A DNA stretch of 63,302 bases, the filler included, from Octopus bimaculoides (taxonomy: Eukaryota), in the NCBI RefSeq assembly GCF_001194135.2. It is 9 parts of 8 records of this genome, joined end to end, with 100 filler letters (N's around TTAATTAATTAA, not from the genome) between each part and the next. Parts side by side here need not be neighbours in the genome. Positions count along the whole stretch, not along the records: positions 21,373 to 26,129 come from NC_068983.1; positions 26,230 to 37,346 come from NC_068991.1; 7 more parts are not named here. One strand, 5' to 3'. Below the pieces are notes generated by a model that worked only from the letters and a program-made list of their open reading frames with translations, was not told the DNA's origin and made no database searches. Below are positions 23,278 to 36,458 of the stretch, in pieces. A program made the translations under genes and the position numbers. Within the stretch, counting starts at the first letter, position 1. Each line of letters begins with the position of its first letter.

Positions 23278-24350
23278 NNNNNNNNNNNNNNNNNNNNNNN
23301 NNNNNNNNNNNNNNNNNNNNNNNNNNNNNNNNNNNNNNNNNNNNNNNNNNNNNNNNNNNNNNNNNNNNNNNNNNNNNNNNNNNNNNNNNNNNNNNNNNNN
23401 NNNNNNNNNNNNNNNNNNNNNNNNNNNNNNNNNNNNNNNNNNNNNNNNNNNNNNNNNNNNNNNNNNNNNNNNNNNNNNNNNNNNNNNNNNNNNNNNNNNN
23501 NNNNNNNNNNNNNNNNNNNNNNNNNNNNNNNNNNNNNNNNNNNNNNNNNNNNNNNNNNNNNNNNNNNNNNNNNNNNNNNAGAGAGAGAGAGAGGAAGAGA
23601 GAGAGAGAGGAAGAGAGAGAAGTGCTTGTTAGAGGCAAGAATGAAAGAGAAAATACGTATATTAGCTTGCTTTACCATATTCCTGTGAGCGACGCCAGAA
23701 AGAAACGATTCGTTGTTTCAAGTAAACACCTTATCAGATTTCTTATTCGTTTTCTTTCTGTAGAAATTAATCAAATTTAGGCGTTCAGTGCTCCATTTTT
23801 ATTAAGTGTCTTCAAGACGTTCGAGCGATTTATCAAACAAGGTTAGAACATTTAAGCGAAGAAGTAGGCATTAACTATTCGAAAATGAGTAAGAAAACAC
23901 CTAAAGATTGTTTAGATTTTGTTTAGTATTGCTTTATCGTGTGTTTTATTTCGTCTCTTTGTTTTGATTCTTTTCTTTTTTTGCTGAACGTCAAAGAAGA
24001 ATGGCAGGAAAGATGTAAGTGAAAATTGTACGAAATATTAGTTTCATAGCTCCCATTACGAATAATGAGTAATTGCTGAAAATTTCGCTTCTTTTTACAT
24101 CGTTAGTTGTAAATCATTGTCAGTAACACATGGAAATTTATTATTTTGGAAGTAGAAAGATAAATGGCAAAAATGTACCCTACATTCTGTCAAAATATAT
24201 TTGCTGACAGACACACTGGCTGATGGAAAGATAGACTGACGGTTAGACAGAAAGAACATGCAGATAAATAGGGAGATAGAAAGATAAATAGATAGATAGC
24301 TAGACAGATATATAGATAGATAGATAGAGAGAGAGAGAGAGTGTGTGTGA

Positions 24351-24413
<63 letters not shown>

Positions 24414-24503
24414 AGACAGAGAGGCAAAGATAAACAGATAGATAGATGGATAGACAGACAGATAAATTGACAGACAGATAGCTAGCTAGCTAGATAGATA
24501 GAT

Positions 24504-24583
<80 letters not shown>

Positions 24584-24814
24584 TCCTGGGTAAGCTGACA
24601 AATGTACACAGTGCATGATAGATGAAGCTACAATAAAGCATCAATCGAAAACCAAAAGTTAGAAACACATCTTTACAGTGCCTCCCAATCTTATTTTGTC
24701 CCATGCTTCACTTTCAAATCAAAACAAAAACAGAACAATCACAGTTAGTATAAGTGTGGCTGTGTGCTAAGAAGCTTGCTTCCCGCGCATGCATCGGTCT
24801 ATTCGCTGTGTTAA

Positions 24815-25600
24815 TTTTTGACGAGTCTGACGGAATTTTTGTGCTACCTGGCAGCGGATGTTATACCGGTAGAGACAATGTATTCAGACCTTAGCGAGTA
24901 CGAGCTGTCCTCAGCGGAGGAGGAGCTCGTTAAGGCAGTAAATAGAATGGGCGAGCATTTGGAAAGAGTAAAGTGTTTGCTGATAGAAAAAAGGGACAAG
25001 AAAAAACAAGGACGGGTCAATCGGAGTTTTCTTTTCTCAGTCGAGTTCTAGATTATCTTTGCAATTACTGGCCAGCTCCAAGGAAAAACTAAGGTAAGAG
25101 CACTAAATTCCTTGGAAAACACCAGCGAATGTATACGAAAATATGGACGGAGAAAACACGGAGAAATGGTACACAAAAACAAATGCAAATAACAGGACAG
25201 TAACAACAGAAGTGTTTCGACTAAGGACGAATTAAATTAAGCTGGCATGTGTAGAAATGAAGCCTTACGGCAGGGACATAGGAGATGACAGGCACGGAGA
25301 GGAATATAGATGTTGCACGGATGGTAGTCGAACCAAGAAAAAAAGGTCAGGCTTGGCCGAAAACCGGTCACATGGAGAGAGTAGAGAGGTAGAGAAAGAG
25401 GAATAGAAGAATTAGGGATAAAAGAATCAGGGAAGGGAAGAAAGATGGTTTAACGTTTCGAGTAGACGCTCTTCTTCGGAAACAGAGGAAAGTCCAATAG
25501 AAGGGAAGACGGAGGAAGAATATCGCCAACGATTCACATGTGGTTACATTTTGAAATGACCGGACGGGAATGGGTGACGAAAAAGTTATTTCTAAGACTG
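24815..25600 (-). mobile_element. Penelope-like element terminal region
   Basis: Purine/pyrimidine-skewed non-coding repeat carrying a hammerhead-like motif at 25447-25484. The family assignment is inferred. Confidence 0.45.
25447..25484 (-). ncRNA. Candidate minimal type I hammerhead ribozyme (CCGAAGA core variant)
   Basis: GTTT-CCGAAGA-A-GAG(CGTCTA)CTC-GAAAC-GTT-AAAC. Stems I and II can pair; position 4 is C instead of U. Confidence 0.45.
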
Positions 25601-26092
25601 GAGAGTGTAAGAGAAGGAAGTATGTGTGGGTGTGCGCGTGCACGCAAGTCTCTGTGTATGTGGGTGTGATTATGTGTGTATATGTGATATGAGTGTGTAT
25701 GTGGTTTTGGCTGTTTATATATGCATGTGTGAGTAAATTTTGCGTCGCTTAATGTTGCAGGAAGTGGCAGTCTTTTGTGTACTGTTTCTTCACATCTGCG
25801 TACGGGAATGGTCAGTAGAAAGGTGTTTAACTGACAGTTTGAAGTATGTGTGTGCGTGTGTATGTACGTGTGTGCGTGTATGTATATGTTGAGTGTGCGT
25901 GTTTTGTGTGTAGTGTGTAGTGTGTCCATGCATCTGTGTATGTGGGCGTGTGTATATATGTGTGTATGTGTGTGTGTATGTGCGTGTGTGTGTATGTGCG
26001 TGTGTGTGTATGTGTGTGAACGAGGGGTTGTGTGTGGAGGTATATGTATATATATATGTATATATGTATATATGTATATATACATGTATATG

Positions 26093-26129
<37 letters not shown>

Positions 26130-26229
26130 NNNNNNNNNNNNNNNNNNNNNNNNNNNNNNNNNNNNNNNNNNNNTTAATTAATTAANNNNNNNNNNNNNNN
26201 NNNNNNNNNNNNNNNNNNNNNNNNNNNNN

Positions 26230-26527
26230 AGGATTTTCAAGTGAGATCGTTGCCAGTGCCCCTGGACTGGCTCTTGTGCGGGTGGCACATAAAATACACC
26301 ATTTTGAGCGTGGCCGTTGCCAGTACCGCCTGATTAGCCTTCGTGCAGGTGACACGTAAAAGCACCCACTACACTTTCTGAGTGGTTGGCATTAGGAAGG
26401 GCGTCCAGCTGTAGAAACTCTGCCAAATCAGATTGGAGCCTGGTGTTGCCATCCAGTTTCACCAGTCCTCAGTTAAATCGTCCAACCCATGCTAGCATGG
26501 AAAGCGGACGTTAAACGATGATGATGG
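26230..26527 (+). mobile_element. SINE family C (RTE-like tail)
   Basis: ..GGAAGGGCGTCCAGCTGTAGAAACTCTGCC..CCCATGCTAGCATGGAAAGCGGACGTTAAACGATGATG. Related copies at about 26715-26850(+), 29620-29830(-), 30348-30535(-), 30880-31000(-), 31420-31730(+), 35080-35345(+) and 58287-58490(-). Confidence 0.85.
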
Positions 26528-27739
26528 ATGGCACATTAGGAAAGTGTCTTTTACTATAGCTTTGGGCTGATCATAGCCTTCTGAATGAATTTGACAGATG
26601 AAAGCTGAAAAAAAATCTATCATATTTGTTGGGTGGCAGTATTTGATTGAGTGCAAATTGTCTTGACATCACACAAGACCTTTTTTTTTTGGACTACTGT
26701 GAAAAAAATACCTGGCCATGGGGAAACATATTGCCTGGAAATAGGTGAGGGTTTGTGACAGGAAGGACAGCTGACCATAGAAAAATCTGCCTCAATAAAT
26801 TTCATCTGACCCATGCAAGCATGGTAAAGTGGACATTAGATGATGATGAAGATAACATCATAGCAGCATCTAGAAGATATTGGCTGCTTATTATGATATT
26901 ATCAGATAGTCAGAGTAATAAGGTAGAGTTATCTGCTAGAGTGAAGATACTGTAGCAAGTCGTAAAAGGCAGTAATGACGTAATGGTCATGTTGCCTGAA
27001 CATGTATAATTGTTAGTTTCCCATTGGTTAAAATTACTGCCCATATTTGAATTCTAAATTTTCGTCAAAGAGAAATCTTTCATGAAATACGGTTCTTAGA
27101 ATTCAGGTTTGAGCAGTTATAAAAACCCTGATTTTTGAGAAATTAATTCTAAATATACTGTAAATATTAAATGTATGTAAATAAACTAATGTAGTAAATA
27201 CGGATCTTTTCCTTTTGGCTGGCACATAGAAAAAATAATTTTTTGTAACTAAACACATTCAAATTTCGTATACTGGTAGAATGTGTCATTTAAAACATCA
27301 TTTACTCTTAGTGTTTTTAAGAAAATTCTATATTTTCGAAGTTATTTCGTGTTAAAGTTGTCGTATTTCGGTAATTTCAACCAATCAATGACGTCTATTA
27401 AGGTGAAAACAATTACTGCTGTGGTTTGTCAACAAGACGTTCTGGCGGTGTGAATGTACTTTGTCACTGTTATTTCTGATATATTTACATTTGAGATACA
27501 CGTGTATATAGTTTAATCAATTCAGTTAGTTATTTAAAAAATTTTTTCAGTTTATTTTGTTTGTGGAAGTATTTTCATTTTGTCTTAGCGTTTTCGAAAT
27601 TGCCTATTTTGGGATCTTTTCCCTTGAATAAAATTACTGCTGTTGTTTGTCAACAACAACTATCGGCAGTATATATTTCGTTTGTCACTGTTATTTATGA
27701 CAACGATCATGCGTTTGTACTGGTTTTAGCTTTAGCGTT

Positions 27740-27860
27740 TTAGGGTTAGGGTTAGGGTTTGGGTTTTAGAGTTAGGGTTAGGGTTTTAAAGTTAGGGTTA
27801 GGGTTTTAGAATTAGGGTTAGGGATAGGGTTTTAGAGTTAGGGTTAGGGTTAGCTTAGGG
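27740..27860 (+). repeat. Interstitial degenerate (TTAGGG)n array
   Basis: About a dozen TTAGGG-like units interspersed with TTTTAGAG/TTTTAAAG. Confidence 0.9.
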
Positions 27861-28230
27861 TGAAAAAAAACATGAACTTATTTATCTTCAACATATTTGT
27901 ACATTTCAACATATCTGTTTAAGCATCTTGATATATATATTTCATTACAGCATTTATGTAACCTGAGTTAAGATTTATATATAGTGACAAAGCTTATAAT
28001 TAAGTTCTAAGTGACAGGTTTATCAATATAGATTCCTACTCAAGAAATAAAATATATTTATTATCTATTTCAAGTTGAAACCATATGAATAAGATAAAAC
28101 ACCCATATAAAAGTGATAAAATAGGTAAACCACCACGTTATAAAAGTGGTGACCCCGACGTGATAAATATATAAAATTTTAAATAGAAAATAGATGACAG
28201 TTTCATTACACAAAATTTTATTAACAGAAA

Positions 28231-28632
28231 TAGGCACAGGAGTGTCTGTGTGGTAAGTAGCTTGCTTACCAACCACATGGTTCTGGGTTCAGTCCCACTG
28301 CGTGGCATCTTAGGCAAGTGTCTTCTACTATAGCCTTGGGCCAACCAAAGCCTTGTGAGTGGATTTGGTAGACGGAAACTAAAAGAAACCCGTTGTATAT
28401 ATGTATATGTATATATATATATATGTGTGTCTGCGTTTGTCCCCCTAGCATTGCTTGACAACCGATGCTGGTGTGTTTATGTCCCCGTCACTTAGCGGTT
28501 CAGCAAAAGAGACCAATAGAATAAGTACTAGGCTTACAAGGAATAAGTCCCAGGGTCAATTTGCTCGACTAAAGGTGGTGCTCCAGCATGGCCGAAGTCA
28601 AATGATTGAAACAAGTAAAAGAGTAAAGAGAG
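28231..28632 (+). mobile_element. SINE family B, full length
   Basis: Matches 21564-21970. Confidence 0.9.
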
Positions 28633-28884
28633 AGAGAGAAATATTTTATATTAAAGGTTGAAGGAAAGAAGAAAGCTGAAGAAATAAACAATAATAGTTG
28701 TAAAAAGTTTTAACTGCACTTTCTAGCAAGCTAAATTTATACTTCATAGCTGTTGAAAGCATTATTCCACTAAGTGAAACATTTTCTTGAAAATTATAAT
28801 ACATTTGAATGGAAGAAAATATTAAAGAGTTTGAAATGTCTCATTTCGATAGAGGATATATCCAAGCTTCTATGACAGTCTTGC

Positions 28885-28995
28885 CTCCTGCTTGGACGAG
28901 AGATACCAACCATTATCTGGTTTTCTCAGTTAGAAGCAAGTTTTGCAGCAAACAGAATAACAACAGAAGCACAAAAATATAACATTATAAAAGCG
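28885..28995 (+). mobile_element. Ty3/Gypsy gag N-terminal relic
   Basis: VLPPAWTRD..(frameshift)IWFSQLEASFAANRITTEAQKYNII resembles the LPPFW..WF.Q.EA.F...IT gag motif. Confidence 0.55.
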
Positions 28996-29019
28996 GTACC
29001 CAATCGCCACTAGAAGGCA

Positions 29020-29240
29020 TACTGATTTCAAAATTTGGCACAAGGCCAGCTGTTTGGGGGAAAGGGCCAAGTCAATTGCATTGACCCCAGAGCTCAACTG
29101 GTACTTATTTTGTTGACTCTGAAAAGATGAAAGGCAAAATCGACCTTGGTGACATTTGAACTCAGAACACAAAGACTGATGAAATGCCACTAAGCATTTT
29201 GCTCGGCATGCTAATGAGTCTGCCAGCTTGCTGCCTTTAT
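29020..29240 (-). mobile_element. Family A SINE
   Basis: Matches 14774-14983. Other family A pieces at about 12480-12600, 30140-30330, 38705-38850, 39150-39310, 39370-39460, 53606-53880 and 55470-55612. Confidence 0.85.
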
Positions 29241-30630
29241 AGCTAGAAAGCATATTAATTAAGAACAGGTATAGCAAAAACAAAGTTAATATAAAAGAAT
29301 CATCATGTCCAGCTGGATGTTACATCTTGTCTATTGATTTATATTTCATCTATTATTGATTAAATGCCCATGATATCAGATGTATCAACATTCACTCCAG
29401 TTTATTGATTTACTTAACATCTTTAATATCAGATGTCCCATACACCCACCAGTCTGTTCGTTTATTTGACTTCCAGGATATCAGATGTCTCCATTATTAA
29501 CTCAGGGTTTAGCAAGTTCATAAAGCTAATTCTACTCAAAAAGATAACCTACAATATTTCTAAACAAAGTGCATCCATTTTATTTGCTGAAGAAACAGAC
29601 TAAAACAGGTCTCATCATCAGCATCATCATCATCATTTAGCATTTGTTTTCCATTCTGGCATGGATTGGACAGTTTGACAGGAGCTGGCTAGCTGATGAG
29701 CTGCCTGGGCTTCATGCCTGTTCTGGCATTGTTTTCTATCACTGGATGTGCTTCCTAATACCAACCACTTTACAGAGTGTACTTGATACTTTTACGCAAC
29801 ACTGGCACAAACACTTTTACATGGCACCAGCACCCACAAACCTGCAAGAATAGAATTGCTCAAGTGAAGAGAGATGTAGGAGACAAGCCTGTTTGCAAGG
29901 ACAACCATGATTTTATTTAGCTTGATGTGTCTTCTCAAGCATGACAATCAGCCAATCCAAATTTACATCTGCATTGGGAAACCTACATTTGTGCCATTAA
30001 ACACCACATATACCATTTAGTACTTCAAATGCATTGGTAAGATAATTAATGTAACATATATTCATTAACATAATTAAGGAAAACTAAAGATAATAAACAA
30101 ACTATCATCACCATCTTCTACTTATTATTATTATCATTCTATTAGCATGCCGGGCAAAATGCTTAGTGGCATTTCATCTGTCTTCACGTTCTGAGTTCAA
30201 ATTCTGCCAAGGTCAACTTTGCCTTTCTTCCTTTTGGGGTTGATAAAATAAGTACCCGTTGAGCACTGGGGTTGATGTAATTGACTAGGCTCCTCCCACA
30301 AAATTTCAGGCCTTGTACTTATAATAGAAAGGATTATTATTACCATTATTCTTTTAACATCTGTCTTCCATGTTGGCATGGATTGGATAGTTTGACAAGA
30401 TTTTTCAGGTCAAGTGATTTGCATCATACTCCAATGTCAACTTTGGCATGGCTCCTACAGCTGGATGCTTTCCCTATGCCAACCATTTTACAGAGTATAT
30501 TGGGTGTTTTTTTATGGTACCATCATTAGTGAGGTCACCATGTGGCTTATGAGACTAAGATCCCCATCAACTGAGAGGGACTATAGTAAAGAAGGAGGCA
30601 GCTTTATGTTAGGTGATAAAAGGTTAAAAT

Positions 30631-30718
30631 AAGAAGGAAGGAAGAGGGAGGGAGGAAGGAAGGAGGAGGGAGGAAGGAAGGAGGAGGGAGGAAGGAAGGA
30701 GGAGGGAGGAAGGAAGGG
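30631..30718 (+). repeat. Purine-only minisatellite (GGAAGGAAGGAGGAGGGA)n
   Basis: Read directly; 18-bp unit. Confidence 0.9.
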
Positions 30719-31744
30719 TCTGGGACAAGTTTCTTGTAGAGAAAATACATGACAACTTATATAATACAAGAGTGGATTTCAATTAACTTAATATAAAAAT
30801 ATGTAACACTAAAGGAGCCTCAACAGTTCCATTTACCAAATCCACTCACAAGGCTTTGGTCGGTCCCAGACTATAGCAGAAGACACTGTCTGCTCTACTG
30901 TCTGCTTTGGCATGGTTTCTCTAGCTGGATCTTCTTCCTATCACCAACCACTTTACAGAGAGGACTGGGTGCTTTTTACAAGGTACCAGTAGCAATGAGG
31001 TCACCAAATAATTTACGCGACAAAACTCAAACCCACTCAACTGAGGTGGTGGTAGTATTGAAGAAGGTTACTTCATGACAGGTGATGAGAGGTCAGAGTA
31101 TGAAAAGTGGAACAAAAATAGGTGTCTTCCTGTGAAGGAGATATATGGTCACTTCAGTAGGAGAGAGAGATGCAACAGTGGGGTTTATACTGAAGTTACA
31201 GGAAGGTGTATACAAGTGGAACCAAGGATAGGACAGTGTGAGTAGATAGGTAAGTTCATGAGATTGTGAAAGGAGATTGGGAGACAAAGGGGAGGGAATG
31301 CAGTAAGTGGGCAAAAATAGAATGAGGAGGTGCTAGGAGGATATGTTGTGGGAACAGATTCAACAGGAGCATATTGTGTGCAGATAGGTTCATGTGAAAT
31401 AGAAGGGATAATGAACTTTATGGTGCTGGTGTCATGTAAAAAGTATTGGTGTTGGTGCCACATAAAAAACACTGGTGCTGGTGCCACGTAAAAAGCATGG
31501 GTGATGGTACCATATAAAAAACACTAGTGATGGTGCCACATAAAAGGTACTGGTGTTGATGTCATGTACAAAAAAAATATCCAGACACTCTGTAGTGTGG
31601 TTGGCATTAAGAACCAAGCCAAAACAGACTTTGAAACCCAGTGTGGCTCTTGGCCTTGTCAGCTCCTGTCAAACCAGCCAACCCATGCCAGCATGGAAAA
31701 TGGATGTTAAATGATGATGATGATGATGATTTAATAACAGCTTG

Positions 31745-32640
31745 ATTCAGCTCCACATGACTCAATGACCCGTGCGCCTGTGGGACACACTTATCCCATC
31801 TGATGACACAAGCAGAGTGAGAGAAACTCAAGATGGCTTCCAGGTTTCAGGCCTCCGTTGGTCAGCTCAGATCATGTTGTACAAATGCTATGAAAGTGAA
31901 ATAATCTATTGTGTTGTTTTACTTTTTGCAGGCCCATATGTTTGGACAGCACTTGGCTGCATGTTGGCCCCACCCTGTTAGTGGGCTTTTGTATAGCATA
32001 TTCAGGGACATCAATTCCTTGTATTGATTTCTGCACATAATATGTGGAATATTGATGTGAGTCAGTAGCTCAGCTGTCATTCAGTAGACTATGAGTACAT
32101 TAGCAGCCACAGTCTTTAGATGGGATCCACCAAAATTTGATGGTGTTGGGTTAGTAATGAGGTCACATGATTAATAAGGGTAAGATGTAGTCTATACATG
32201 TAACAAGGATCTAATACTCTACCCTTGTGTATGAGACAGGTAGGCTTCAGGAGCTATAACCAGATTGTTAATAGTCAATAGCTTGAAGTTCTTTAGCAGG
32301 ACATACCTCTGATATTAACAAGATAGTTCTATGACTAATGCTATATTTGTCATATTGCGCTTTACAAAAAGGCAGATAATGTCTATATTGATTATATCTA
32401 GTCTAATGACAAAATTAGTAGTACACCAGATATAATCAATTTAGATGCTATTTTTAAATTTCATAATGAGGTGTCTAATTGTTGCCTCATTTAATCAATT
32501 AATGTTAATTTTCTTGTTTATGACATTTGAAGTTCCTTGTTCTCCAAGCCTTTCCAATTCTAGATCTCCATAAGTGGTTCTGAAATGCTCAAATAAATGC
32601 CAGAATATCTCAGTTATTTTCTATTATGACCACTTACACA
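31745..32640 (-). mobile_element. Heavily decayed CR1/L2-like LINE fragment
   Basis: Only remnants resembling the RT D.IYLDF.KAFD and PQG.VLGP regions and a CR1-like 3' end. Confidence 0.3.
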
Positions 32641-33739
32641 GTCTTGCTATTTGATCTCTTAATCCTTTTGGTATCAACTTGTCTGAGAACACTTCTACTT
32701 CTAGGATACAAACTGCCTGTTTTAAAGTGACCTAAATTAAAACTTCCGTAAAAATTTCATGTTATGTTCCAAATGCCAGCTTAATAATAACAATGTTATT
32801 CTACTAAATTTACCATTATGATAAAAGTTATTGAAACCAAGGCAGCCTATTGAAAATAGAAGTATTGTAACAAAAGGGTTGATAATAAAAAGTTATTTTA
32901 CAAAAGTTTTCATCATTTTCAAAATTAATTGAAACGAAGACAGTGTATTTGAACAGAAATATGGGAACAGAATGGTTAATACTTTCTGTTTGTTCTTATC
33001 ATATGTCTAAACCACCTCTCTTATATCTAAAACTATTGATGTTAACTACACCAAAGACTTACAGTGCAGGTGTGAGCTGCTCCACTCCATTATAGCATTG
33101 GATTGTTTATGAAAGACATTATAAAGGAGGTGTGGTATTCTTTTATTTTGTTATTATGTACATTATTATTGGCTAAATCTCTTCATAACTCTCTATATAT
33201 ATGTGTGCATAATCTCTGTTAACTGATCAAGTAAACAAGATTTGACGATGTTCATCTCCATGCCTGTTGATATCACCTATCCATCTTCTCTGTCTACTAT
33301 CCTTGGGAGGGTTGTAGGAGTAAAGTACTCAGTCACTTCCTCCATAGAGTCATGTCAGAAGCAACTATCATTACACTTTCTGGAAGAATTCCCAAGTGTA
33401 GCCAACTGAGGCTATAGATATTATCCAACCATCTCATTCTTAGTCTACACCTAGGTCTCTAGCCGGTTGGTTTGGCTTGAAGAATTTGTCTTGTGAGTTT
33501 TCCCTGTGACATTCTAACCATAAGTGACCTCTCAATGTGGAGAAGTAGCAGCTTGACCTGGAGAAATTCCCTGATTCTGAGCTACACAACCTGTTGAGTA
33601 ACGTTACTCCAGACATTTTTAGAGGAACCCCATTTTAGCCACTTGTATTCACAATCATACTCTTTCAGTTATTACCCATTCATGAACGTAAGTGAGGATA
33701 GGCCTGAAAACTGAATTGAGTTTGGCTTTTTATTTATCA

Positions 33740-34000
33740 ACCTCTTCTCTCCTGAGTATTGAATGCTGGAGCTGCAATTCAGGTATCCAATTGGGCCTCC
33801 TGCTTCCTGTCACACATGAATACAGCCCTGAGATACTTAAACTTTCCCACATATCTTAGAAATGCTTCACTAACATGCAGAGCACATTGGGAAAACTTCC
33901 TTGAGAGGACCAATGTTTGTCTTTGGAACACTAATTTTTGTACCTGTTTTGCAGCACTCAACAATGAGCCCATTCAGTTTATGCTGATCACCTTCTGATA
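33740..34000 (-). mobile_element. RTE-like RT fragment
   Basis: ..YVGKFKYLRAVFMCDRKQEAQLDT*IAA resembles V.KFKYLG.F.SDGRQD.ELDTRI. Confidence 0.6.
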
Positions 34001-34099
34001 AGCCAAGTAGTACCATGTTATCTGCAAATATCAGCTGACTGATCATTCACCCATTGTGATACTACATCTACAACAGCAGTGCATATCAATCCAGTTCAT

Positions 34100-34850
34100 A
34101 AAAATTATGAAAATATGTGTAAATATGGGCCATAGAATAGGTTTTTGAAATGAAGAGGGAACAAGGCTACTGGAATTTTGTGATGCAAATAACCTATCGA
34201 TTTGTAACACCTACTTCAGAAAGGCAGGCAGCTTCCTGATAACCTATCAATCAGATGACCACGCTAGCCAGATCAACTACATACTCACAGACAATGAAAT
34301 ACATGGCTGCTCATAAATGCAAAGACCTTCTCTGGTGAAGAATGTACCCACCAGCATAAACTAGTCGTTAGCTCCTACCTCTGCTGGTAACAAAGGGCCT
34401 CTCTCTCAGAGTGAAAGGCAGATTGTTTGATACCTGTGTGCAAGCAGCTATGCTACATGGCAGTGAAACACAGGCTATAACAGACAAGGACATGCATAGA
34501 CTTGAGATAAATGAAGCCAGTATACTTCACTGGATGTGCAATGTCAGTGCACATGTTCGACAGAATCTTGCAAGAAACGTTAGGCATAAGAGGAATCAGA
34601 TGTGGTGTGCAAGAGAGACAACTGTACTGGTATGGTCACATGATGCATATGGACGAGGACAACTGTGTAAAAAAGTGCTGATCTCTAACTGTGGAGGGAA
34701 CCTGTGGTAGAGGTAGACCCAGGAATACATGGGACGAGGTGGTGAACCATGATCTTTGAACTTTGAGCCTCACAGAGGCAATGACTAGTGACCAAGACAT
34801 TTGGCAATGTGCTGTGCTTGAGAGGACTTGTGAAGTCTAGTGCACCCGTG
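34100..34850 (+). mobile_element. RTE LINE, internally deleted (APE C-terminus plus RT 3' end)
   Basis: NEEGTRLLEFCDANNLSICNTYFRK..LITYQS, then VKGRLFDTCVQAAMLHGSET..GRGRPRNTWDEVV. Confidence 0.85.
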
Positions 34851-35367
34851 CTGATGGCATATAAAAAACATCTTTGAATGTTGGGCCTCACGGAGGCAAA
34901 GTGGCTGATTCCTTTCAAGCATTGGACCTCACAGATGCAAAGTGGCTGAGTTCCTTTTGAGTGTTAGGCCTCACAGGGGCAATGACCAAGACTTTTGGCA
35001 TTATGTCGTGCTTGAGAAGAAGACCTATCAAGCCAAACAAAATCGCAGTTGTGGCAGATACAGTGTCACACGAATTGGCACCCGTGCTGGTGACAAGTAA
35101 ATGCACCCTAGTGTTATACAAATGGCACCCATGCAGGTGGCACGTAAAAGCATCCATGACCCTCTCAGAGTGGTTGGTGTTAGAAAGGGCATCCAGCCAT
35201 AGAAAACCATGCCAAATCAGATTGAAGTCTGGTGCAGCCTTCCAGCATGCCAGCCAAGTCAAACCATCCAACACATGCCAGCATGGACAATGGACATTAA
35301 ATGATGATGATGATGATGATGATGATGATCATGATCATGATGATATATACACTCACACATACATATG

Positions 35368-35409
<42 letters not shown>

Positions 35410-35885
35410 CATACACACATAAATATATATACATACATGTATATATACATACACACATACAGTTATGTAAGATTCAGGTAAAAAATCTTGTAGAATGTTG
35501 TGCAAAGCTCATCCACAGTTATTGACTATCTGATGTCATCATACAGTAGAGATGCACATGCTACTGGATATATTTCAGGAATTCCATAATGTCCATAGAA
35601 CTTATATAAATAGATCAAAGACAGAAAATGGAATTAAAGAGATTCTTTATTCAAAATCACTAAAACTGTTTCAACACATTTTTGTGTCTGTAGTTTATAG
35701 GTGAGATGTCATGCAGTCAATTATCTTACATCACAGGTGTACAATGCACATCCTCAGGTGACTGTTTAAACAAGTTCCAGACTATCATCTTGTCATTTCA
35801 CTATTAACCTGAGAGATTTATGAATATATTTCACTCATCTCAACAACAGACCATATTAGATATTATATTTTGACAGCTTCCATAC

Positions 35886-35985
35886 CCTAATAGATAACAA
35901 GTCCCACTCAGCAGCATTGATGTTATTGGCAAAGTCACAAAATATAAAACTGAGAATCTCTCAAAGTCAATGGAGACAGAGATTC
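35886..35985 (-). CDS. Candidate exon of unknown gene (ISVSIDFERFSVLYFVTLPITSMLLSGTCYLL)
   Basis: Acceptor attttactttgctgtgccag| and donor AGG|gtatgg; one open frame (phase 1 to 2). No homology recognised. Confidence 0.25.
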
Positions 35986-36371
35986 CTGGCACAGCAAAGT
36001 AAAATGCATCTCAGTTGTGGCCACTTGGAGAAGAATGACAGACAGTAAAAAAAAAAGCCTACTTTTTTTTTCATTTATCAGTAAATATTTCTTCTGATTA
36101 CATAAGATCTACTTGTTTATGACCTCTGTTCTCCATTCATTTTGTTATTAACACTCTGTTTGTTTTTCCATGTGTTTTACATCAAAATTTAGGTAATATC
36201 AAGTCATAAGTGCTGAAGTATCAAATATCAGAGTGTGAATTTATAAACTTTACATTTCACATGACAGGACCAATATCTTTAAACTCAAGAAGACATCAAT
36301 GAAACATAAAGTATTACACATTCAAAAATAATTTTCAAAAATATGAAGCACACTTACTCAATAAAAGTTAC

Positions 36372-36458
36372 CAAAGCATTTTCTTCCAGCTGGAAGATAA
36401 ATCCAGAAGCAGGCCAATCTAAAATCTCATAAAGGTTCTTTGTTAAATGCTGGACTTT
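36372..36458 (-). CDS. Candidate exon of unknown gene (KVQHLTKNLYEILDWPASGFIFQLEENAL)
   Basis: Acceptor aacttttgtgtttcag| and donor TTG|gtaact; 87 nt, phase 0-0, one open frame. No homology recognised. Confidence 0.3.

Noticed and set aside
23781-23888. Plus-strand phase 1-1 exon-like segment VQCSIFIKCLQDVRAIYQTRLEHLSEEVGINYSKM
   Set aside because: No homology and no coherent plus-strand gene; such signals are expected by chance.
24818-25051. 77-aa acidic/basic ORF
   Set aside because: It lies in TE-like sequence, and has no splice support or recognisable domain.
31420-31575. CRISPR-like repeat array
   Set aside because: Contiguous degenerate units without unique spacers, inside a eukaryotic SINE, with no cas genes.
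35650-35760. CTGAGGA..GAAAC hammerhead-like spacing on the minus strand
   Set aside because: Stem II does not pair and there is no NUH site.
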